From NCBI GenBank assembly GCA_950097015.1, contig CATNEN010000010.1:2976001-3040000 (forward strand): 64,000 nt of DNA, in the 5' to 3' direction. The notes under the pieces were generated by a model that was given only the letters and a program-made list of their open reading frames with translations, searched no databases and was not told where the DNA came from. Origin of the DNA: Macrostomum hystrix (Eukaryota; Animalia; Platyhelminthes). This document shows, piece by piece, positions 25,249 to 34,875 of the stretch (position 1 is its first letter; each line of letters begins with the position of its first letter). A program made the position numbers and the translations under genes.

Positions 25249-28200
25249 ATGTCCAATCAGCAGAACTCGCGCCTGCTCCAGCTGGAAGAGGATGGGAGGA
25301 GTCTGGCCTTGCGAGCCGTCGAACAGGACCGCGCCGGCAACTCCGCCACCGCCTGCTTCTTCTACACCGAGGCCGCACAGGCCCTGCTAGCTGCCAATGA
25401 GGAGGGCTCCAGGCTGCCCAACCTGCTGGCCATTGTGAAGGACTACGTCTCACGCGCCGAGCAGTTGAAGGCTCCGGCTAATTCAACAGCCGCAGCCGGT
25501 GCCAACCCCGCCGCCAGGGCCCAGTCCAAGACGCCGGGGCAGCTGCAGCTGGAGCGAGCCCGCTACCTCCTATCCGAGGCCCTCGAAGACGACGAGAACG
25601 GCCAGAGCGCCGACGCAATCAGCAAATATGTGCAGGCTGTGGAGGCTCTGTTGAGGCTGCAGAAGTCGGCGGGCTCCGATGCCGGCCTCAGACAGAAGTG
25701 CCAGGCTATGGCCAAACAGGTGCTAATAGACTAAGTCGTGTGTTGAGGGCCGAATGGATGACCGAAAAGAGGGCTTGGGGCTTGTTCGATCTACGTACGC
25801 ATCACTGAACACACAAGGCACAATGACTAACTATCAAAAAGTCAGGACAGATGTACATACCTGTGTTAGAGTGTGCCTGCTTACGTATGTGTGTGTATGT
25901 TGCATTCAGGAGTCAGCGGAACAAGCAAAATACTGCTTACTACTATTAAGTAGTGTGTTCAGCATTTCAGCTTTCTGTGCATTTCGCGCTAATCTCCACC
26001 CAGGCTCTGGAGCGGGCCGAGGCTTTGAAATCCAAGACTGCGCCGCCACCGCTACAGCTTCCCAGTGCGCCCACGGACGTGCCCGACGGGCCGCTCAGCG
26101 AGCCGCCGCCTCCGCCGTCGCCGCCGCCGCCACCGCGGCAGCAGCAGCAGCCGAAGCGCCCGCCAAGCGTAGCCGAAGCCTACACCAAAGCCGAGATAGC
26201 CGTCCTGCGGTCAACCTCGCGCATCAACGGCCGCAACTATCTGCCGTTCATGGCCTCCGATGCCCGCGAGCAGTTCGCCTTCCCGCTGCCGTTCACCGAT
26301 CCTGACGGCCTGCTGCCTCTGTCTGCCAAGCAGCAGCGCAGCCTGTCCCGCTGGGCCAGGCCTGATCAGCTGACCGCCGAGCCCAAGATGATCCTGCTGG
26401 TGTCGCCCATGAGCATCACCCAGACCATTGTGTCCGACTGCTCCTTCGTGGCCTCCATGGCCGTGGCCGCCCAGTACGAGAGGCGATTCAAACGGCAGCT
26501 GGTTACCAACATTATCTACCCGCAGAACAGGCGCGGCGAACCGGTCTACAATCCCTGCGGCAAGTACATGATCAAGCTGCACCTGAATGGTGTGCCGCGC
26601 AAAGTCATTGTTGACGACCAGCTGCCGGTGTCCCGCTCCGGCGAGTTAATTGGAGCCTACTCAAACAATTCGGCCGAGTTCTGGGTGTCTTTTCTGGAGA
26701 AGGCCTACATGAAGGTTAGCTTACTTATATGGTACACTCATTATCTGAGTTATCCTACACTCATTATCTCACCTGAATTTTCCTACACTCAATATCTCAC
26801 CTGAATTTTCCTACACTCATTATCTCACCTGAAGTATCCTACACTCATTATCTCACCTGTGTTATCCTACACTCATTATCTCACCTGAATTTTCCTACAC
26901 TCATTATCTCACCTGAAGTATCCTACACTCATTATCTCACCTGTGTTATCCTACACTCATTATCTCACCTGAAGTATCCTACACTCATTATCTCAGCTGA
27001 GTTATCCTACACTCATTATCTCACCTGAATTATCCTACACTCATTATCTCACCTGTGTTATCCTACACTCATTATCTCACCCCATTCGTCTGCAGGTGAT
27101 GGGCGGCTACGACTTCCCGGGTTCGAACTCGAATATCGATCTGCACGCGCTGACTGGCTGGATCCCGGAGCGCATCCCCATAGACCTGGACAACCCGGTG
27201 CGGTTCAAGAAGGAGCAGGTCTTTACTAAGCTGCTGGACAGATTCCACCAGGGCCACTGTCTCATCACGGCAGCCACCGGGCCGATGTCGCAGACGGACG
27301 CGGACCGCGCCGGCCTGGTTGAGACGCACGCCTACGCTGTGCTGGACATCCGGGTGGCAGCTGGGCACCGCCTGCTCATGCTGAAGAATCCATGGAATCA
27401 TCTCAGTTGGAATGGCAACTTCTCGCGTAAGGACTCTCGCAATTGGACACCGGAGCTGGAGCGCCTGCTGAACTATGACACCAAGAGCGCCAAGCTGTAC
27501 GACAACGGCGTCTTCTGGATCGACTACGACAGCCTCTGTCGCTTCTTTGAGGTGCTCTACGTCAGCTGGAACCCGGACCTGTTTCCGCACACCAGCTGCC
27601 TGCACGACACCTGGCCAGCAAAGGAGGGCCCGAAGAAGGACCGCTTCTGCATTGCGGACAACCCGCAGTACCTCCTGACTGTGGCGGCACATCGGCCCTG
27701 CCCAGTTTGGGTGCTGCTCTGCCGACACATTGTGGATAGGCGAGACTTCGCTGATAACCAGGTGAGACTTTGAGACAGTTCATGAGCAGACGAATGTGAG
27801 GCCTACAAAAATTTTAAATCCCTTTGTAGGCAGTGTGAAATTTTGGGGTCAAATGTGCCTTCTAGGAAATTTCAATTTAAGGAATGTTCTTTCTAGAACT
27901 TTTCTGTTTATAAAATGTGCATTCTAAAAAACTTCAATTTCGTGAATGTGCATTCTTGGATATTTTTTTAGTTTAGGAAATATGCTTTCTAGGAAATTTC
28001 AATTTAGGGAATGTGCATTCTTGGACATTTTTTAATTTAGAGAATGTGCATTCTTGGAAAGTACAATTTTGGGAATGCGCATTTTAGGAAGTTTCAATTT
28101 AGAGAATATGCATTCATGGAAATTTGAATTTAGGGAATGCGCATTCTTGGAAAGTACAATTAAGAGAATGCGCATTCTTGGAAAGTACAATTAAGGGAAT

Positions 28201-29641
28201 ATGCATTCATGGAAATTTGAATTTAGGGAATGCGCATTCTTGGAAAGTACAATTAAGGGAATGCGCATTCTTGGAAAGTACAATTAAGGGAATATGCATT
28301 CATGGAAATTTGAATTTAGGGAATGCGCATTCTTGGAAAGTACAATTAAGGGAATGCGCATTCTTGGAAAGTACAATTAAGGGAATGTGCATTCTTGGAA
28401 AGTTCAATTTAGAGAATGTGCATTTTAGGAAGTTTCAATTCAGAGAATGTGCATTCTTAAAATTAGGGTCAAATTTTTCAAATGTGTCATTTGAAGTGTA
28501 ATGTGTATTCCACGAAATGCCAATTTTGGAGAATGTGCTGTTTATGTAATGTTGCAATTTGCAATTCGCAATTTAGAGCGTTTTTAGGAAATGTGCAACG
28601 CATCTCGCCGCTTTTAGCAGGTATCGAACTCGTGACCGCATTTTGTGCACCCCCGCCAACTCCCCCGCCCGCTCTGCCATTCCGCAGGAGTTCATTGCCC
28701 TGGTGGTGTACAAGGGCGTCTCGGGCAGGAAGATTTTTTATCCCAGCGAGCCGGCGCCATTTAAAGACGGCGCCAGAGTGAACTCGCCGCTGTACCTGGT
28801 GCAGATGGTGCAGGAGGCCGGCACCGTCAGTTACCACCTGGTGGTTTCTCAGTACGAGAAGAATAACACTATCAACTATACTATTCGGGTCTACTGCACC
28901 GAGCCGTTCAAGCTTACCAAAGTGAGCTCCTATACTACATGTCCGCTCTTCAGTTAGCCCGGTTAGAGCGTTGGATTCAAGACTTGAAGGTCGAGGTTTC
29001 GATTCCCGACTCCACTGGAACAATTTGTGTCCTTTTAGCAAGGCTTTAGCTTTGATTTGCTTCAGTTCACCCATCTTTTAAATGGGTACCAGCATTAGCT
29101 GGGATAATTGAGGGTGGGTGTGGCGTCCCACTAGTCTGCGGACTAAACAGCCGTACGCAGCCTTCAGATGCGCCGCGGAGATTAGGGCAGGTGTAATAAA
29201 CTATTACTACTCTTAGTGCCTTCTCCCACTCATATTTATGCCTAAATGGATCCGCAGGTGCCGGACCCGTTCGTTCACGAGCGCACAGCATCTGGCGAGT
29301 GGAAGGGCCCCAGCGCCGGCGGCTGCGCCAATCACCCGGACAGCTACAGCCGCAACCCTTGCTACCAGGTGCGGCTTGACAACAGTTACCAGGACAACCA
29401 GCTGCTCATCGAGCTGCGCGGCCCCAGAGACTACTTCACGGGATTCGACCTGACCCAGGAGAACGGCGGCCAGCGAATCACTTCAGGTGCCTTCCGCCAG
29501 GGCTACAGCATGCTGGAGAAGGCACAGCTGCCTGGCGGCCTGTACACAATTGTGCCCTGCACTTTTAACCCGGGCCAGGAGGGACCCTTCATACTGGAGG
29601 TTGCCGCCTCCAGGCCCTTCACTCTCACACGGGTGAGGTAG
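25249..29641 (+). CDS. CAPN7: Calpain-7 (PalB-like: two MIT domains, CysPc, two C2L/CBSW domains), 821 aa. Exons 25249-25719, 26004-26714, 27096-27761, 28688-28921, 29258-29641
   Basis: Two MIT domains (A.RAVEQD..G....A.FFYTEAAQAL; LERARYLL.EALEDDENG). Catalytic triad in SITQTIVSDCSFVAS, HAYAVLD and LKNPW. Also YNPCGKYMIKLHLNGVPRKVIVDD, GGYDFPGSNSNIDLHALTGWIPE and SAGGCANH. Exon sum is 2466 nt, in frame. Confidence 0.96.
26733..27080. repeat. 28-bp tandem repeat (tcctacactcattatctcacctg...) filling CAPN7 intron 2
   Basis: About 12 copies, spanning nearly from donor to acceptor. Confidence 0.93.
27860..28470. repeat. Degenerate 31-bp repeat (gcattcttggaaagtacaattaagggaatgc) with a 93-bp higher-order unit, CAPN7 intron 3
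   Basis: gcattc recurs at 28141, 28172, 28203 and 28234. The shadow ORF repeats a 31-aa block. Confidence 0.85.
28953..29210 (+). mobile_element. tRNA-derived SINE family A (CORE-like domain), copy 1, in CAPN7 intron 4
   Basis: A-box tagcccggttagagc and B-box ggtttcgattccc, then gtgtccttttagcaaggc...tgcttcagttcacccatc..aaatgggtacc. Colinear with the reverse complement of 54004-54220. Confidence 0.75.
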
Positions 29642-29699
29642 GGCTGGATATTGCCGGCTCACAGCACTGCTCCCTGTATTCAGATATAGAGACCGCTTC

Positions 29700-31390
29700 T
29701 TACTGCTTCCCTCGCTTCTCATCCCTTTCCCTCGCATCTCACCCCTTTCCCTCGCATCTCATCCCTTTCCCTCGCATCTCACCCCTTTCACTCGCATCTC
29801 ATCCCTTTCCCTCGCTTCTTACCCCTTTCCCTCGCATCTCATCCCTTTCCCTCGCTTCTCACCTCTTTCCCTCTTATCTCATCTCTTTCCCTCGCTTCTC
29901 ACCCCATTCCCTCGCTTCTCCTCCCTTTCCCTCGCTTGTCATCCCTTTCCCTCGCTTCTCACCTCTTTCCCTCTCATCTCATCTCTTTCCCTCGCTTCTC
30001 ACCCAATTCCCTCGCTTCTCCTCCCTTTCCCTCGCTTCTCACCCCTTTCCCTCGCTTCTCACCCCTTTCCCTCGCTTGTCATCCCTTTCCCTCGCATCTC
30101 ACCCCTTTCCCTCGCATCTCACCTCTTTCCCTCGCTTCTCACCTCTTTCCCTCTCATCTCATCTCTTTCCCTCGCTTCTCACCCAATTCCCTCGCTTCTC
30201 CTCCCTTTCCCTCGCTTCTCACCCCTTTCCCTCGCTTGTCATCCCTTTCCCTCGCATCTCACCCCTTTCCCTCGCATCTCATCCCTTTCCCTCGCTTCTC
30301 ACCTCTTTCCCTCTCATCTCATCTCTTTCCCTCGCTTCTCACCCCATTCCCTCGCTTCTCCTCCCTTTCCCTCGCATCTCACCCCTTTCCCTCGCTTCTC
30401 CTCCCTTTCCCTCGCTTCTCCTCCCTTTCCCTCGCATCTCACCCCTTTCCCTCGCTTCTCACCCCTTTCCCTCGCTTCTCCTCCCTTTCCCTCGCTTCTC
30501 CTCCCTTTCCCTCGCATCTCACCCCTTTCCCTCGCTTCTCACCCCTTTCCCTCGCTTCTCACCCCTTTCCCTCGCTTGTCATCCCTTTCCCTCGCTTCTC
30601 ACCCCTTTCCCTCGCTTGTCATCCCTTTCCCTCGCTTCTCCTCCCTTTCCCTCGCTTCTCCTCCCTTTCCCTCGCATCTCACCCCTTTCCCTCGCTTCTC
30701 ATCCCTTTCCCTCGCTTCTCACCCCTTTCCCTCGCTTCTCACCCCTTTCCCTCGCTTCTCCTCCCTTTCCCTCGCATCTCACCCCTTTCCCTCGCATCTC
30801 ACCCCTTTCCCTCGCTTCTCCTCCCTTTCCCTCGCTTCTCCTCCCTTTCCCTCGCATCTCACCCCTTTCCCTCGCTTCTCATCCCTTTCCCTCGCTTCTC
30901 ACCCCTTTCCCTCGCTTGTCATCCCTTTCCCTCGCTTCTCATCCCTTTCCCTCGCTTGTCATCCCTTTCCCTCGCTTCTCATCCCTTTCCCTTGCTTCTC
31001 ATCCCTTTCCCTCGCTTCTCACCTCTTTCCCTCTCATCTCATCTCTTTTCCTCGCATCTCACCCCTTTCACTCGCTTCTCACCCCTTTCCCTCGCATGTC
31101 ATCACTTTACCTCGCTTCTCACCTCTTTCCCTCGCTTCTCATCCCTTTCCCTCTCATCTCATCTCTTTTCCTCGCATCTCACCCCTTTCACTCACTTCTC
31201 ACCCCTTTCCCTCGCATGTCATCACTTTCCCTCGCTTCTCACCTCTTTCCCTCGCTTCTCACCTCTTTCCCTCTCATCTCATCTCTTTCCCTCGCTTCTC
31301 ACCCCATTCCCTCGCTTCTCCTCCCTTTCCCTCGCATCTCACCCCTTTCCCTCGCTTCTCCTCCCTTTCCCTCGCATCTCACCCCTGTCC
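29700..31390. repeat. 20-bp polypyrimidine minisatellite (ccctttccctcgcttctcac and variants) downstream of CAPN7
   Basis: About 85 copies. Confidence 0.97.
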
Positions 31391-31904
31391 TTCGTTCTGT
31401 ATTAGTGTTTTTTATGAAAGAGTTAACCGCTTCCTTAAGTGTTTAAATTTTGCTGTTTGTGTTTTAAGCTAATAAAAGTTTGTGTTTATCTGGACTTACG
31501 AGCGTATGTTCTGTGATAAATTAACCTTTTTTATTGTAGATGTAAAATATGTTTTAACTGATTTTACTTTTTTTATTAGCATATATTAATATTAATTCAA
31601 CAATATAGTGTTTAACAGTTTTGCTTTTGGAGCTATCAATATTACTTCCTACATTTAATTTCTAATCCCTGTATCTGACGTCTTTGTCATGACTTTGTTT
31701 CGAAAAGCTTTCATATCCTTGATGTAAATTTTCCATGTTCATTGCCATTTGTATATTCCAGGAGCAGCTGATTGAGTTGCAGCCACAGCACACTTGTTCT
31801 GGATGCAACAGGGCATGATCTTAAATGTAGAGTTTGAAATACAACTGTTTTATTTTCCTTTCGTGCTATTTTTTATATTCAGGCCTTCTTTCAGTGTCTA
31901 ATAG

Positions 31905-34790
31905 ATCAGTGCGCAGTCTAATAGATCAGTGCGCAGTCTAATAGATCAGTGCGCAGTCTAATAGATCAGTGCGCAGTCTAATAGATCAGTGCGCAGTCTA
32001 ATAGATCAGTGCGCAGTCTAATAGATCAGTGTCAGCTGTAGTCTAATAGATCAGTGTCAGCTGTAGTCTAATAGATCAGTGTCAGCTGTAGTCTAATAGA
32101 TCAGTGTCAGCTGTAGTCTAATAGATCAGTGTCAGCTGTAGTCTAATAGATCAGTGCGCAGTCTAATAGATCAGTGCGCAGTCTAATAGATCAGTGTCAG
32201 CTATAGTCTAATAGATCAGTGTCAGCTGTAGTCTAATAGATCAGTGCGCAGTCTAATAGATCAGTGTCAGCTATAGTCTAATAGATCAGTGTCAGCTGTA
32301 GTCTAATAGATCAGTGTCAGCTGTAGTCTAATAGATCAGTGCGCAGTCTAATAGATCAGTGTCAGCTGTAGTCTAATAGATCAGTGTCAGCTATAGTCTA
32401 ATAGATCAGTGTCAGCTGTAGTCTAATAGATCAGTGTGCAGTCTAATAGATCAGTGTCAGCTATAGTCTAATAGATCAGTGTCAGCTGTAGTCTAATAGA
32501 TCAGTGTCAGCTGTAGTCTAATAGATCAGTGCGCAGTCTAATAGATCAGTGTCAGCTATAGTCTAATAGATCAGTGTCAGCTGTAGTCTAATAGATCAGT
32601 GCGCAGTCTAATAGATCAGTGTCAGCTATAGTCTAATAGATCAGTGTCAGCTGTAGTCTAATAGATCAGTGTCAGCTGTAGTCTAATAGATCAGTGCGCA
32701 GTCTAATAGATCAGTGTCAGCTGTAGTCTAATAGATCAGTGTCAGCTATAGTCTAATAGATCAGTGTCAGCTGTAGTCTAATAGATCAGTGTGCAGTCTA
32801 ATAGATCAGTGTCAGCTATAGTCTAATAGATCAGTGTCAGCTATAGTCTAATAGATCAGTGTCAGCTGTAGTCTAATAGATCAGTGTCAGCTGTAGTCTA
32901 ATAGATCAGTGCGCAGTCTAATAGATCAGTGTGCAGTCTAATAGATCAGTGCGCAGTCTAATAGATCAGTGCGCAGTCTAATAGATCAGTGCGCAGTCTA
33001 ATAGATCAGTGCGCAGTCTAATAGATCAGTGTCAGCTGTAGTCTAATAGATCAGTGCGCAGTCTAATAGATCAGTGTCAGCTGTAGTCTAATAGATCAGT
33101 GCGCAGTCTAATAGATCAGTGTCAGCTGTAGTCTAATAGATCAGTGCGCAGTCTAATAGATCAGTGTCAGCTGTAGTCTAATAGATCAGTGCGCAGTCTA
33201 ATAGATCAGTGCGCAGTCTAATAGATCAGTGCGCAGTCTAATAGATCAGTGCGCAGTCTAATAGATCAGTGTCAGCTGTAGTCTAATAGATCAGTGTCAG
33301 CTGTAGTCTAATAGATCAGTGTCAGCTATAGTCTAATAGATCAGTGTCAGCTATAGTCTAATAGATCAGTGTCAGCTGTAGTCTAATAGATCAGTGCGCA
33401 GTCTAATAGATCAGTGTCAGCTATAGTCTAATAGATCAGTGTCAGCTGTAGTCTAATAGATCAGTGTCAGCTGTAGTCTAATAGATCAGTGTCAGCTGTA
33501 GTCTAATAGATCAGTGCGCAGTCTAATAGATCAGTGTGCAGTCTAATAGATCAGTGCGCAGTCTAATAGATCAGTGTGCAGTCTAATAGATCAGTGCGCA
33601 GTCTAATAGATCAGTGCGCAGTCTAATAGATCAGTGCGCAGTCTAATAGATCAGTGCGCAGTCTAATAGATCAGTGTCAGCTGTAGTCTAATAGATCAGT
33701 GTCAGCTGTAGTCTAATAGATCAGTGTCAGCTATAGTCTAATAGATCAGTGTCAGCTATAGTCTAATAGATCAGTGTCAGCTGTAGTCTAATAGATCAGT
33801 GCGCAGTCTAATAGATCAGTGTCAGCTATAGTCTAATAGATCAGTGTCAGCTGCAGTCTAATAGATCAGTGTCAGCTGTAGTCTAATAGATCAGTGTCAG
33901 CTGTAGTCTAATAGATCAGTGTCAGCTGTAGTCTAATAGATCAGTGTCAGCTGTAGTCTAATAGATCAGTGTCAGCTGTAGTCTAATAGATCAGTGCGCA
34001 GTCTAATAGATCAGTGCGCAGTCTAATAGATCAGTGCGCAGTCTAATAGATCAGTGTCAGCTGTAGTCTAATAGATCAGTGTCAGCTATAGTCTAATAGA
34101 TCAGTGTCAGCTATAGTCTAATAGATCAGTGTCAGCTGTAGTCTAATAGATCAGTGCGCAGTCTAATAGATCAGTGTCAGCTATAGTCTAATAGATCAGT
34201 GTCAGCTGCAGTCTAATAGATCAGTGTCAGCTGTAGTCTAATAGATCAGTGTCAGCTGTAGTCTAATAGATCAGTGTCAGCTGTAGTCTAATAGATCAGT
34301 GTCAGCTGTAGTCTAATAGATCAGTGTCAGCTGTAGTCTAATAGATCAGTGCGCAGTCTAATAGATCAGTGCGCAGTCTAATAGATCAGTGCGCAGTCTA
34401 ATAGATCAGTGCGCAGTCTAATAGATCAGTGTCAGCTATAGTCTAATAGATCAGTGTCAGCTGTAGTCTAATAGATCAGTGTCAGCTGTAGTCTAATAGA
34501 TCAGTGTCAGCTGTAGTCTAATAGATCAGTGTGCAGTCTAATAGATCAGTGTGCAGTCTAATAGATCAGTGTCAGCTGTAGTCTAATAGATCAGTGTGCA
34601 GTCTAATAGATCAGTGCGCAGTCTAATAGATCAGTGTGCAGTCTAATAGATCAGTGTCAGCTGTAGTCTAATATATCAGTGTGCTGTCTAATAGATCAGT
34701 GTGCAGTCTAATAGATCAGTGTCAGCTGTAGTCTAATAGATCAGTGTGCAGTCTAATAGATCAGTGTGCAGTCTAATAGATCAGTGTCAG
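31905..34790. repeat. Mixed 20/25-bp minisatellite (gtctaatagatcagtgcgca / gtctaatagatcagtgtcagctgta) upstream of MRPL19
   Basis: About 2.9 kb; two interspersed unit lengths share a 16-bp core. Confidence 0.97.
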
Positions 34791-34875
34791 CTGCAGCCTG
34801 CATATGTCAGTTTGCACTCCAATATGTCAGTGTCATCTGATCATCTCCCGCAGCTGCCATTTGCAGCACTCTGAC

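Noticed and set aside
24234-25390. 360-aa IPNQQTLG-repeat ORF and its antisense VDWGF ORFs
   Set aside because: Shadows of the 24-bp array; the tail overlaps CAPN7 in the wrong frame.
28953-29025. tRNA-like sequences here and at ~35360 and ~54150
   Set aside because: No complete cloverleaf; they continue into shared non-tRNA bodies, so they are SINE heads rather than tRNA genes.
29936-31472. Long ORFs of 489, 456 and 298 aa (S/L/P/F-rich)
   Set aside because: They are translations of the 20-bp pyrimidine repeat, which cannot contain stops in any + frame; not genes.
31905-34790. CRISPR-like look (constant core with variable tails)
   Set aside because: The tails are only 4-9 nt and recur; there are no unique spacers or cas genes, and the context is eukaryotic.
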